In this document: positions 9,553 to 19,219 of the stretch, one piece after another | Numbering within the stretch: position 1 is the stretch's first letter | How the letters are laid out: every line of letters begins with the position of its first letter | Origin: Deltaproteobacteria bacterium | Lineage (GTDB): Bacteria; SAR324; NAC60-12 | Length of the DNA stretch: 45,153 nucleotides | Reading direction: 5' to 3' | Assembly: GCA_038150265.1 (NCBI GenBank) | Contig: JAYOTF010000012.1 | Span: forward strand, 1 to 45,153 | Made by a program: the position numbers and the translations under genes | The notes under the pieces: generated by a model | Databases searched by the model: none | Told to the model about the DNA's origin: nothing | Seen by the model: only the letters and a program-made list of their open reading frames with translations

Positions 9553-10568
9553 CACGGATTCCCGGGAAAAGTTCCAGGAGGAAAGGGAGGCAGGTCGTTC
9601 ACCTCCGCCTCTCCCCTCAGGCACCGCTGGATGTAGGGGTAGCTTTCTGTGATGTAGTAGTGGTAAATGCCTTCCGGAAACTCCGGTGTCACACCCACGC
9701 GGCCATTGCACTCGTCCAGGTCTCCCGAGTTTGCCACGTACTCCCAGTCTTGCTGAAAGTGCCCCATCGGGAAGTAGGTCGTCGAGGGACGTCCGGAGTC
9801 CGGAGTGGACTTGAGCTGATAGCTCCCTTCCACGGCTTTGAGCGCGGACGTGTTGTCAGTGGCGTCGCTGTAGCCCCACTTCGCATAGATCGGGAAGCCA
9901 TCCACAGCCCACCCCACCAGCAGCATCGCCTCCGCGCTGCCGTTCAGTTCGTCGATCAACCCGGTCGGCATGCCATGGTAGTGATACGTTCCCGTCGGCT
10001 GCACGTGCGCGTTGCTCGTGTCCGTCCCAAAGTCAAACTGCCAGGGAGAGGTATCGCCCGCAAGGGCCTCCATCCGCCAGGCGTCTGATCCCTGAGCATA
10101 GTTGCAGTCGGTGTCTGCCGTGGCTGAGTCCGGACAGGTCCCTGCCGTGGAGGGCTCAAACTTGACCGAGTTGAGCGCAAATCCCGGAGTCATCGCCGTC
10201 TGGGTGGAGTTCGCCTCCACTGGGCTCAGGGGGAAGGTTTCCGTCACCGTCTGCTCCGTGATTTGTGACGCAAAGTTGCCGTCGGTCACCGCATGGTTGG
10301 GAACGCCGTTGCCGCTCAATTCGCGGCTGTCCCCTGTGCAGCTCCATTCAAAACGGTAGGGCAGCGTCTCAGACACGGCACTCGAGGTATTGTCAACCGG
10401 GTCCGTGTGTGTGTAGCTCAGTTGCTGGCTGCCGCTCCCGGAGTACGCACAAAGAGCGGTCAGCGTGGAGCTGCCGTTATCGCTGGTACTGGTCCCGCTC
10501 GTGGAGCTGCAGGACATGCCCCCCATGGCAAGGAGGGAGGTCAGGAGTGAGATCACAATTCGTTTCAC
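9552..10568 (-). CDS. YHYH domain exported protein, probably a lipoprotein
   Basis: Signal peptide with Cys ('GMSC'), Ser/Thr linker, 'NGVPNH', 'NAHVQPTGTYHYHG', 'VGWAVDGFPIY', 'DLDECNG', 'YHYYIT'. Confidence 0.93.
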   Translation of the reverse strand: MKRIVISLLTSLLAMGGMSCSSTSGTSTSDNGSSTLTALCAYSGSGSQQLSYTHTDPVDNTSSAVSETLPYRFEWSCTGDSRELSGNGVPNHAVTDGNFASQITEQTVTETFPLSPVEANSTQTAMTPGFALNSVKFEPSTAGTCPDSATADTDCNYAQGSDAWRMEALAGDTSPWQFDFGTDTSNAHVQPTGTYHYHGMPTGLIDELNGSAEAMLLVGWAVDGFPIYAKWGYSDATDNTSALKAVEGSYQLKSTPDSGRPSTTYFPMGHFQQDWEYVANSGDLDECNGRVGVTPEFPEGIYHYYITESYPYIQRCLRGEAEVNDLPPFPPGTFPGNP

Positions 10569-10650
10569 TGAGTGTCTCCATCAAGATGGGTTCTTCAACG
10601 GAAGCCTTCCTGAAGGGGGAACGGAAGGGCCTCGCCTCAAAAGAGGCCCC

Positions 10651-10680
10651 ATCCTAAAGGACAAATGTGAAAACAATGTG
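10651..10680 (-). promoter_or_regulatory. Putative promoter of the YHYH operon: CACATT direct repeat (11-bp period) upstream of a TAGGAT -10-like hexamer
   Basis: Minus strand reads CACATT-GTTTT-CACATT-TGTCCTT-TAGGAT. An 11-bp tandem repeat is typical of OmpR/PhoB-family boxes. Confidence 0.35.
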
Positions 10681-10767
10681 GAGTTGGAACGGCAGGCAGA
10701 AAAAATTTTCCTGACAGCCTCCGTTCGGGGAAGCCGAGGGAAGGGGCGGAAGACGGGGCGCGTGGGC

Positions 10768-12429
10768 TTACGCCTGACGCTGCTCCTGGCGGATTTCTGC
10801 AGCAAGGCGCCCGAGTTCGTAGTCCTGAAGGTCCGTGAAGGTCATCCAGCGGGCGAGCTGCGGCTGCACCTGTTCAACGGCCCGGAACAGCTCCTGCGCC
10901 ACCTTGCGGTAGGCAGGGTGCCCTTGGGGGGTACTGCGGAGCTCGACCAACCACGTCAGGGCCCGGAGGTTCACCCGAAGGGACCAGCGCAGGTGGTAGG
11001 CCATGGGGATCACGTACTGTGCTGCCTCTGGAAAATCCGGATGAATCTGTTCATGCACCTCGGCCGCCTGCTCCATGGCGGCCCGGTAGGGGGCATCGAG
11101 CTTCGCTTCCTGCAGCAGTTCCGGAAGGTCGTAGCCATGATGCGGAGAGAGCGGCTGGCGCCACTGCGTGAGCATCCGGTGCCGGTGGAGATCGCGGTAC
11201 ATGCCATAATCCCCTGTGATTTCAAAGGTAAAGAATAAGGACTCCAGGGCCCGTGGCGACTTGTGCCGTCGGTTCTCCCGGAGCTGAATGCACTCCGCCT
11301 GAAGCTGACGCTGCTGCTCCTCGGAGAGGTTCCGGATGGACTGCCGCAGCTCCTCCAGCGGCACATCCGTGTACTCGTAGAGCAGACTGGCCAGCAGCTT
11401 CTCTGCGGCCTGAGGATCGAAATCCACCAAACGCACCTGCGCGGCGGCAGGTCCTGGAGAGGCGGTTGGTGCCGTTCCAGGCAGGTGTTCCGCCCAGCGC
11501 TTCAGCAGGGCCTGTTGCTCCACCTGAAACGCCTGTTGGCTCTGGAAGTGCCGGTGATCGGGATGCGCACGCCGGATGAACGACGGGATGACCTGTGCCA
11601 ATTCCGTCCAGGAGGCCGAGGCAAGGTCCTGAAGTTCCGCCAGCGGCTCCCGGTGCAGGCGGGCAATGAGGGACTCAAAAAACCGTCCGTTGCCGAAAAC
11701 CCCCATGTTGGTCAGCGTGGCGGCGGGCAAGAGCCCCCGGATGAGGTCAAATCCCTGAGCCCGGACCGAACGCTCATAGGCCTCCGCAGGACTCTTCGGG
11801 TCGCGAGGCAAGCGCTTCCGGACTTCATCCCGAACCGGTTCGGTCAGGGCCACATAGGTTTCAAAGAGGGTCCGGCACGCCTTGAGGTACGACTCACGGT
11901 GGCGTGAGGCCAGCAGGTTCGGATCCTTGTAAAAACGATAATCGCCCTGAACCTTTTGGCCGAAGTTGACGTAGCGGGTGGATTTTTCCAGCGGGGAGCC
12001 CCCAATGCGGGCATCCTGAATGGTCTTGGTCGCCAGAATCGAGACGTCTTCCAGCGCCAGGTGGGCTCCGCCGAGTTCTCCAATCGAGTCGTCTCCGTAG
12101 CCGTCCAGAATGCGATCATAAAACGCCTGCGCCCGTTCCACCGCCAGCCGCTGCTCCTCGGCATCCTGACCCGAGTGCCCGCTGATGGAGCCAAACGCCG
12201 ACTCATCAGTCTGAATGAACTCCCGGAGCAGCAGGCGCCGGAGTCCCAGCATGGAGCGTGAGTAGCGTGAAAACAGCGCCCCCTTGATGACCTCCGGCAG
12301 GTTGGTCAGGACAAAAACGGAGCGGTCGGTATTCGTCACATAAGGAGAGAGGGCCCTCCGTTCTTCCGGAGTAAAGGATTCGCTCGTCAAGAAATCAGCT
12401 CGGAGGGAAAAAGAGGGGAAGGAGCTCAC
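10768..12429 (-). CDS. thyX: FAD-dependent thymidylate synthase, tandem-domain (Chlamydia-type) form
   Basis: 'GALFSRYSRS', 'YGDDSIGELG', 'GGSPLEKSTRY' in the first half; 'YRDLHRHR' and 'ELRSTPQGHPAYR' in the second; 553 aa. Confidence 0.93.
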   Translation of the reverse strand: MSSFPSFSLRADFLTSESFTPEERRALSPYVTNTDRSVFVLTNLPEVIKGALFSRYSRSMLGLRRLLLREFIQTDESAFGSISGHSGQDAEEQRLAVERAQAFYDRILDGYGDDSIGELGGAHLALEDVSILATKTIQDARIGGSPLEKSTRYVNFGQKVQGDYRFYKDPNLLASRHRESYLKACRTLFETYVALTEPVRDEVRKRLPRDPKSPAEAYERSVRAQGFDLIRGLLPAATLTNMGVFGNGRFFESLIARLHREPLAELQDLASASWTELAQVIPSFIRRAHPDHRHFQSQQAFQVEQQALLKRWAEHLPGTAPTASPGPAAAQVRLVDFDPQAAEKLLASLLYEYTDVPLEELRQSIRNLSEEQQRQLQAECIQLRENRRHKSPRALESLFFTFEITGDYGMYRDLHRHRMLTQWRQPLSPHHGYDLPELLQEAKLDAPYRAAMEQAAEVHEQIHPDFPEAAQYVIPMAYHLRWSLRVNLRALTWLVELRSTPQGHPAYRKVAQELFRAVEQVQPQLARWMTFTDLQDYELGRLAAEIRQEQRQA

Positions 12430-12456
12430 CGAGTGGGCAAGCTCCTGAACAGAGAC

Positions 12457-13035
12457 TTAGGCGGCGGGAAGGCCCTTGGAGTTCGGAAGAGCCTCTTGCT
12501 GTTCCTTGGGCTTCGGGAGGTCCGAGTCCAGGTACTTGGTGTTTTCATGAGGCTGGTACTCATCCCGGAGCAGGTCGCGGGTGAAGTTGAAGGTCTCCCG
12601 ATTGGAGAACGCCATGCCAATGACCCCGGTGTCCATGCGGATCGCCTGCTTCGGGCAGGCCTCAACGCACAGGCCACAGAAGACGCAGCGCAGTTCGTCG
12701 ATGTCGAACTTGACCGGGTACTTCTCCACCGACATGTCCGGATGCTCGCCGGCCTCAATGTGGATGCACTTGGCCGGGCAGACCGTCTCACACATGTAGC
12801 AGGCGACACACTTCAGAAAGCCGTCGTCTCGTCGGGTGAGGCGGTGACGTCCCCGCCAGCGAGGAGAGACGTGGCGCTTTTCCTCGGGATACTGAATGGT
12901 CACCACTTCCTGAGCCCCAAAGAGGTTCTTGAGGAAGTGCTTCACCGTCAGCCGGAACCCCGTAAACATCGCCGGCAGGTAGAAGGACTCCTTGAGTCCG
13001 TCCACACGCTCTACTTGTTTGACTTTCAAATCCAT
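12457..13035 (-). CDS. nuoI: NADH-quinone oxidoreductase subunit I
   Basis: 'TIQYPEE', 'RGRH', two CxxCxxCxxxCP motifs. Confidence 0.96.
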   Translation of the reverse strand: MDLKVKQVERVDGLKESFYLPAMFTGFRLTVKHFLKNLFGAQEVVTIQYPEEKRHVSPRWRGRHRLTRRDDGFLKCVACYMCETVCPAKCIHIEAGEHPDMSVEKYPVKFDIDELRCVFCGLCVEACPKQAIRMDTGVIGMAFSNRETFNFTRDLLRDEYQPHENTKYLDSDLPKPKEQQEALPNSKGLPAA

Positions 13036-13112
13036 TAATCAGCTCCTGATCGTTTCTGGCGTGCGTTCCGAACGGACCGTCACGCAAAGGTCGTCGTTGG
13101 GTTTAAGGGGAC

Positions 13113-14186
13113 TTAAACGAAGATCAGAATAATCACCGCGGTTGCCACTGTGTTGATCAGCGAAAGCGGCAGCAGCTTCTTCCACCCCAGCGCCATCGTC
13201 TGGTCAAAGCGGAACTTCGGAACCGTCCAGCGCAACTGGATCTGGAACCAGCAGAAGAAGATCACAAAGAGGGAGAACTTCAGGACCTGAAGGATCCGGA
13301 CCAGCCACTCGGGAGCACTCGTCCACAGGTGCAGCCACGGAACATGATAGCCTCCAAAGAACAGGGTGGTGATCAGGGAGGCGACCCCGACCACGGCCAC
13401 ATACTCGGCCAGCATGAAGGCCGACCAGCGCATCCCGGAGTACTCCAGGAAGTATCCGGCGACAATCTCGGATTCTCCTTCCGGAGCATCAAAGGGCGCC
13501 CGCTTGGTCTCGGCAATCAGGGCCGTGGTGAAGAGCAGGAATCCCAGCGGCTGCGTGAAGACGCCCCACTGCGGAATCAGGCTTCCAAACCAGTACTGGT
13601 TCTGGCCATCCACGATGTCGCTCACTCGGGTGGAGCCGTACACCATGAACACCCCCATCAGGGCCAGGCCCATGAACACTTCGTACGAGAGCATCTGCGC
13701 CGAGGCTCGGGTGCCTCCCAGCAAGGCGTACTTGCTGTTGGAGCTGGCTCCTGCCAGTACGGCTCCGTAAACGCTCAGAGAGGTGATGGCAAAGATGAAG
13801 AGCAATCCGGGCTCCACATCGGCAATCTGAAACTTGAAGTCTCCAATGGGAGCCGCAAAGGGGATGATGGCAAAGGTCGCGACTCCGGCGATGAGCCCGA
13901 AGAAGGGAGCAATCAGGAAGAGGAACCGGTCGGACCCCTCGGGCATCGTGTCTTCCTTGAAGATCGACTTCAGGCCATCGGCGGCAATGTGCAGGAGCCC
14001 GTTTCCGGTGAAGTTTCCGGCATTCGCTCGGTTCGGCCCCACCCGGTCCTGAATCATGGCGCTCCACTTGCGCTCCATCAGGGTCATCAGCGTCCCCAAC
14101 GGCATGGCAAACAGCAGGATCACGACCACGATCTTCAGCAACGACTGAACGAGGGGAATCGAAAGGATTTCAAGAAGAATTTGCAT
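13113..14186 (-). CDS. nuoH: NADH-quinone oxidoreductase subunit H
   Basis: 'ERKWSAMIQDRVGPN', 'ADGLK', 'AETKRAPFDAPEGESE', 'EYSG'; multiple TM helices. Confidence 0.97.
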   Translation of the reverse strand: MQILLEILSIPLVQSLLKIVVVILLFAMPLGTLMTLMERKWSAMIQDRVGPNRANAGNFTGNGLLHIAADGLKSIFKEDTMPEGSDRFLFLIAPFFGLIAGVATFAIIPFAAPIGDFKFQIADVEPGLLFIFAITSLSVYGAVLAGASSNSKYALLGGTRASAQMLSYEVFMGLALMGVFMVYGSTRVSDIVDGQNQYWFGSLIPQWGVFTQPLGFLLFTTALIAETKRAPFDAPEGESEIVAGYFLEYSGMRWSAFMLAEYVAVVGVASLITTLFFGGYHVPWLHLWTSAPEWLVRILQVLKFSLFVIFFCWFQIQLRWTVPKFRFDQTMALGWKKLLPLSLINTVATAVIILIFV

Positions 14187-14224
14187 GGTCTATCCCAAGC
14201 GCTTTTGGTTTCAGAGTCAGGGGC

Positions 14225-15454
14225 TTAGCGGTCCAGCTCGCCACCGATCATGTTGATGGAGCCGAAGATCGGCACAATGTCGGCAATGTAGTGCCCGATC
14301 GTCATCTTGGGCATCGCCTCCACAAAGTTGAAGCACGGGGGACGCAGCCGCACCCGGACCGGATCACCGGAGCCGTCGGAGACCACGAAGAAGCCGACCT
14401 CGCCGTTGCCGCCTTCCACCGGCAGGTACGCTTCACCAGCAGGCGGACGGTGGCCTTCCATGACCATCTTGAAGTGGTCAATCAGGCCTTCGATGTTGCC
14501 GTACACGTCTTTCTTGTCCGGATAGTGAACACGCCGCTCCAGGGTCTGGATCGGGCCCACAGGCATCTTGTCTGCAGCTTGCTCAATGATCGAGATGCTC
14601 TGACGGATCTCTTCCATGCGGACGAGGTAGCGGTCGAAGCAGTCGCCGGTGGAGCCAATCGGGATCTCGAAGTCGAGCTCCTCATAAACCGAGTACGGGT
14701 CCGAGCGGCGGATGTCGTACGGGATGCCGCAGGCCCGGAGCATGGGACCCGTGAACCCGAAGGAGAGCGCATCTTCCTTGGAGATTGCGCCAATGTCCTT
14801 GACCCGGTCGATGAAGATCTTGTTCTTGGTCAGGAGGCGATCGCACTCGTCCATGACGTCCTTGACCTTGTCGAGGCGGTCCTGAAGCGCATCCAGGAAG
14901 CCGTCTGGCAGGTCGGTCGCATTGCCGCCGAATCGGGTCCAGTTGGTGGTCAACCGGGCCCCCGTGACTTCCTCCACCAGCTCCCAGAGGTACTCGCGGG
15001 CCTTGATGAACCAGAGGAAGAAGGTGAAGGCCCCCACTTCCATGGCCGAGGCGCCCAGGCACGTCATGTGGTCCGTGATCCGGGAGATTTCGCCCATGAT
15101 GACCCGGGTGAACTCGGCCCGGCGGGGGGCTTCCACGCCGTAGAGTTTTTCCACAGCCATGGCGTAGCCAATGTTGTTGAGCAGCGGCGAGACGTAGTTG
15201 AGGCGATCCGTGTACGGTGTCACCTGAATCCACTTGGAGTTTTCGGACTCCTTCTCAAAGCCGCGGTGGAGGTACCCGATTTCCGGGATCATGTCCACAA
15301 TCAGCTCGCCGTCCACATAGGTTGTGAAGCGCACAATGCCGTGCATGGCGGGGTGCGAGGGACCAATCTCAATGGCCATCACCGAAGACGAGTGGTCCAC
15401 TGACTCCTGCAGCTCGGCTTCGTGCTTCTGGATCTCCAAAGGGGCAGTTTCCAT
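14225..15454 (-). CDS. nuoD: NADH-quinone oxidoreductase subunit D
   Basis: 'GPSHPAMHG', 'IGYLHRGFEK', 'DRLNY', C-terminal 'GELDR'. Confidence 0.97.
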   Translation of the reverse strand: METAPLEIQKHEAELQESVDHSSSVMAIEIGPSHPAMHGIVRFTTYVDGELIVDMIPEIGYLHRGFEKESENSKWIQVTPYTDRLNYVSPLLNNIGYAMAVEKLYGVEAPRRAEFTRVIMGEISRITDHMTCLGASAMEVGAFTFFLWFIKAREYLWELVEEVTGARLTTNWTRFGGNATDLPDGFLDALQDRLDKVKDVMDECDRLLTKNKIFIDRVKDIGAISKEDALSFGFTGPMLRACGIPYDIRRSDPYSVYEELDFEIPIGSTGDCFDRYLVRMEEIRQSISIIEQAADKMPVGPIQTLERRVHYPDKKDVYGNIEGLIDHFKMVMEGHRPPAGEAYLPVEGGNGEVGFFVVSDGSGDPVRVRLRPPCFNFVEAMPKMTIGHYIADIVPIFGSINMIGGELDR

Positions 15455-16002
15455 CAGAATTTCCTTCCGTATTCGTGGCGTTCCTCAACTTCCCGCAGCG
15501 GCATAATCGGCTGCTGCCGGTCCATGGGGTAATCTTTGCGGAGTGGATGGCCCTCAAACTCTTCGTACATGAGCAGGCGGATCAGGTTCGGGTGCCCTTC
15601 AAAGTCGATCCCAAACATGTCAAAGCACTCCCGCTCGTACCAGTCCACCGCGTCCCAGAGGTCATGGATGGAGGCCACGCGGAGGTCGTCTTCATTGAGC
15701 TGAACCTTCAGGCGCAGGCGGTGTCCCAGGGAGAGGGACTTGAAGTGGTAGACCACATCAAAGCGCGGGTCACGCCCTTGCTCCAGGTAGTCGACCGCCG
15801 TCAGGTCCACCATGAGCTCAAACTTGCAGCGCTCGTCATCCCGGAGGAACTTGCACACGCGGTGGAGGGCCTCCCGTTTGATGATCACGGTTTCATCGCC
15901 CCGGTGGTTGTGGGAGTCCCGGACGGTTCCGGGGAACTCGTGGGCAATCAGTTGGGTCAGGGTCAGAGCTGCTTCAGCGTCCGGAGTGGCCGTTTCAGAC
16001 AT
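15454..16002 (-). CDS. nuoC: NADH-quinone oxidoreductase subunit C
   Basis: 'DLTAVDY', 'WYERECFDMFGIDFEGHP', 'GHPLRKDYP'; stop overlaps the nuoD start. Confidence 0.96.
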   Translation of the reverse strand: MSETATPDAEAALTLTQLIAHEFPGTVRDSHNHRGDETVIIKREALHRVCKFLRDDERCKFELMVDLTAVDYLEQGRDPRFDVVYHFKSLSLGHRLRLKVQLNEDDLRVASIHDLWDAVDWYERECFDMFGIDFEGHPNLIRLLMYEEFEGHPLRKDYPMDRQQPIMPLREVEERHEYGRKF

Positions 16003-16020
16003 GGATCGACAGGAAAAGGG

Positions 16021-16728
16021 TTAGGCCTGCTCGTTCTTGAGCGCGTTCTTCTTGGCTTGATCCGCTGGGGAATCGTATCCCATGTGCGGGTCAAGGTTGA
16101 CGTAATCCGAGGAGTAGGTGTAGCCCGGTTTGACGCTCCGGTTGCTCTTCGGATTCTGAATGTTCTCAAGCACCTCTTTCTTCGGAATGGAGAAGTACTG
16201 GTTCAGTTGCTCAAGCTTGCGTTCCCGGTGTCGGATGTCGGTGGGGTTGATCATCTTCGACTCCACCGTCGGCCCATCATTCTGGATGCGGTGTTGCAGC
16301 TCCAGCAAGCCGTCGAGCACGGCCTCCGGACGGGGCGGGCACCCGGCGATGTAGACGTCCACCGGGATGAGCCGGTCGATGCCCTGCAGCACCGAGTAGT
16401 TCTGGTAAAAGCCTCCGGAAGACGCACAGGCTCCAAACGCGATCACCCACTTCGGATCTGCCATCTGGTCATAAACGGTCCGCAGCACCGGAGTCATCTT
16501 GTGCGTGATCGTCCCCACCACCCACAGCACATCCGACTGACGCGGCGAGAAGCGGGGGATCTCGGCGCCAAAACGCGAGATGTCGTAGTGGGAGCAGGCC
16601 GCAGCCATGTACTCCATGCCGCAGCAGGCGGTCACAAAGGGATACTGAAAGAGGGAAAACTTGCGGGACCAGTTCACCACATTGTCGAATGTGGTGGTCA
16701 AAAAATCTCCGTAGTTGGCAGCAGACAT
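16021..16728 (-). CDS. nuoB: NADH-quinone oxidoreductase subunit B with C-terminal extension (~235 aa)
   Basis: Start MSAANY at 16728; 'ACCGME', 'SPRQSD', 'GACASSGG', 'GCPPRPEA'. Confidence 0.95.
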   Translation of the reverse strand: MSAANYGDFLTTTFDNVVNWSRKFSLFQYPFVTACCGMEYMAAACSHYDISRFGAEIPRFSPRQSDVLWVVGTITHKMTPVLRTVYDQMADPKWVIAFGACASSGGFYQNYSVLQGIDRLIPVDVYIAGCPPRPEAVLDGLLELQHRIQNDGPTVESKMINPTDIRHRERKLEQLNQYFSIPKKEVLENIQNPKSNRSVKPGYTYSSDYVNLDPHMGYDSPADQAKKNALKNEQA

Positions 16729-16762
16729 TGGATTCTTCCTTAACCGAGGTTGTTGTTTCAGC

Positions 16763-17128
16763 TCACTCCCACTCGAGTGCGCCTTTTTTCCAGTCGTAAA
16801 CCAAGCCAAGTGTCAGGACGACCAGAAACACCATTGCTGCGATGAAACCGAACCAACCAAGTTCGCGCAACTGCACCGTCCAGGGGTAGAGGAAAACGAT
16901 TTCCACATCAAACACCAGAAACACCAACGCCGTCATGTAAAACTTCACATCGTAGCGGTGTCCCTGCATGCCCTCACGCAGGAATCCGGATTCAAACGGG
17001 GTGTCCTTGGCCTTGTTCTTGACCTTGGGGCCCAGCAGCATGCCAATGGCCGAGAAGGCTCCTGCGAGCCCAAGCCCCAGCAAAATCAGAATCAGGATGG
17101 GCAGATAGTCGTTGGCGATCGGAGTCAT
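16763..17128 (-). CDS. nuoA: NADH-quinone oxidoreductase subunit A
   Basis: 'KDTPFESG', '[14 protein letters not shown]', 'WKKGALEWE'. Confidence 0.97.
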   Translation of the reverse strand: MTPIANDYLPILILILLGLGLAGAFSAIGMLLGPKVKNKAKDTPFESGFLREGMQGHRYDVKFYMTALVFLVFDVEIVFLYPWTVQLRELGWFGFIAAMVFLVVLTLGLVYDWKKGALEWE

Positions 17129-17247
17129 TCGTGCTTATCCGAAGTCAGTGTTCAAGAGGATTTCCAGCGAAACCCGGGAGGACTGAATAATCGGCAACAG
17201 AATTCCATTGCCTCTCAAGAGAGTCAATTCAATTTGCGGGTCCTGGA

Positions 17248-19188
17248 TCAACGAACCAGGCTTCCCGGAGGAACCTCCGGAGGCGCCTCCAGCAGCGTGA
17301 TCCGTCCATCATGATCCGCCGCCAGGACCATGCCTTCCGACAGCGTCCCCCGCAACTTGACGGGTTTGAGGTTGCTGACCACGAGGACGCGTTTTCCAAT
17401 CATCTGCTCCGGCGTGTAGTGCGCGGCCACTCCGGAGACAATCTGCCGGGGCTGTTCCTCGCCAATGTCCACCTGAGACACCAGCAGGCGATCGGATTTT
17501 TTAACCGGCTCGCACTCCCGGATCACTCCCACCTTCAGCTGCACCTGCCCAAAGGTTTCCATGCCAATGGCCTCCCCCGCTTCCGCTTCTGCAGGGGAGT
17601 CGGCTTTTGCCGGGGCTGCAGCAGGTTTCGCCTCGGCCGGTTTGGCCGCGGGCGCCGGAGTTTCCTGAATCTTGGGAAACAGCGGCTCCGGTTCCGGAAG
17701 CTCCGATCCGGCCACGAGCAACCCCGGAACCAGGCGGCTCTCGCCCAGCGGACGTTCGGCCACACCCAGTTGAATCCGGGCCTGTTCCATCTTGTCAGGC
17801 ATCACCGGGTGCAGCAGGGCCACCAGCATCCGGGCGCAATCAAGGGCCGTGTAGAGCACGGTGCCGAGTGGTTCGCGCTGCTCCGGATCCTTCGCCAGTT
17901 TCCAGGGTTTGTGATCGTCAATGTACTTGTTGACCAGGCTGCTGAGCTGCATCACCTGCTCCAGCGCGCGGTGAGGCTGGAAGCCTCGGATCAGTGTCCG
18001 GACGCGGTCCATGCCCTGTGTGAACTCCTCCCGCAGCTGCAACTCGCGCGCTCCGAGCTTCCCCGGTTGCGGAACCGTGCCGGCAAAATTTTTCCGGGAC
18101 AGGGTAATGGAGCGGTTGAGCAGGTTCCCCAGGTTGTTGGAAAGGTCACCGTGGTAGCGGGCCAGGGCCAGCTCTTCCGTAAAGTTGGAGTCTTCCCCAA
18201 AGCTCATTTCCCGGAGCAGGAAGTAGCGGAGCGGATCCACCCCAAAGCGGTCCTTCATCTCCAGTGGATTGACCACGTTGCCCAGGGACTTGCTCATCTT
18301 GCTGCCCCCGATCACCCAGTGCCCATGCACCACGAGCTTCTTGAACTGCGGAAGGTCCGCCCCCTTGAGCATGCAGGGCCAGTAGATGCCGTGGGTCTTG
18401 AGGATGTCCTTGCCGATCACGTGGTGGCAGTGCTTCCAGTACTTGGCATAACGCGGATCGTCAGGCCACCCCAGCGCGGTGACGTAGTTGAGGAGGGCGT
18501 CAAACCAGACGTAGGTCACAAACTGATCATCAAAGGGGAGCTCAATGCCCCACGTCAACCGACTCTTCGGACGAGAGATGCAGAGGTCCTGCAGCGGCGC
18601 CTCCAGGAAGCTGAGCAGCTCGTTGCGGTAGCGCTTCGGGTGAACCCAGTCCTCATTGGCCTTCAGCTCGCCAATCAGCCAATCCTGATAAGCGCTCATC
18701 TTGAAGAAGTAGTTCTTTTCCCTGTAGGGCTGCGGGGGCTTTTGGTGGTCCGGGCAGTTGCCTTCCGGGGTCAGCTCGGACTCATCCAGAAAACGCTCAC
18801 ACCCAACGCAGTAATTGCCCTCGTACTCCTTGAGGTAGATCTCCCCCTTGTCGTAAATGCGCTGCAGGACCGCCTGGACCGACGACTTGTGCATCGGGTC
18901 AGTGGTCCGGATGAACTGGTCGTTTTCAATGTTCAGGTGAGGCCACAGCGCCTGAAACTCTGCGGTCATCTGGTCGACAAACTCTTGCGGCTCCACCCCG
19001 GCTTTTGCCGCGGATTCCGCGATCTTCTGTCCATGCTCGTCGGTTCCGGTCAGGAAGTAGCTCTCCTCCCCGAACAGCCTCCGGAAGCGGGTGATGACAT
19101 CCGTTGCAATCGTCGTGTAGGCATGCCCAATGTGGGGATGGCTGTTGACGTAGTAGATCGGGGTGGTGATGTAAAAGGGATCAGTCAT
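17248..19188 (-). CDS. metG: Methionine--tRNA ligase with C-terminal tRNA-binding OB domain
   Basis: 'YITTPIYYVN', HIGH, 'KMSKSLGN', C-terminal 'RQIVSG...SEGMVL'. Confidence 0.98.
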   Translation of the reverse strand: MTDPFYITTPIYYVNSHPHIGHAYTTIATDVITRFRRLFGEESYFLTGTDEHGQKIAESAAKAGVEPQEFVDQMTAEFQALWPHLNIENDQFIRTTDPMHKSSVQAVLQRIYDKGEIYLKEYEGNYCVGCERFLDESELTPEGNCPDHQKPPQPYREKNYFFKMSAYQDWLIGELKANEDWVHPKRYRNELLSFLEAPLQDLCISRPKSRLTWGIELPFDDQFVTYVWFDALLNYVTALGWPDDPRYAKYWKHCHHVIGKDILKTHGIYWPCMLKGADLPQFKKLVVHGHWVIGGSKMSKSLGNVVNPLEMKDRFGVDPLRYFLLREMSFGEDSNFTEELALARYHGDLSNNLGNLLNRSITLSRKNFAGTVPQPGKLGARELQLREEFTQGMDRVRTLIRGFQPHRALEQVMQLSSLVNKYIDDHKPWKLAKDPEQREPLGTVLYTALDCARMLVALLHPVMPDKMEQARIQLGVAERPLGESRLVPGLLVAGSELPEPEPLFPKIQETPAPAAKPAEAKPAAAPAKADSPAEAEAGEAIGMETFGQVQLKVGVIRECEPVKKSDRLLVSQVDIGEEQPRQIVSGVAAHYTPEQMIGKRVLVVSNLKPVKLRGTLSEGMVLAADHDGRITLLEAPPEVPPGSLVR

Positions 19189-19219
19189 GGTCGGTTCAGC
19201 AAGTCAAGGGGGCAAAGCG

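Noticed and set aside
13059..13085. Imperfect hairpin between nuoH and nuoI; also inverted repeats at ~8930-9000
   Set aside because: Short GC-rich stems without a convincing U-tract or recognisable RNA family, and plausibly chance.
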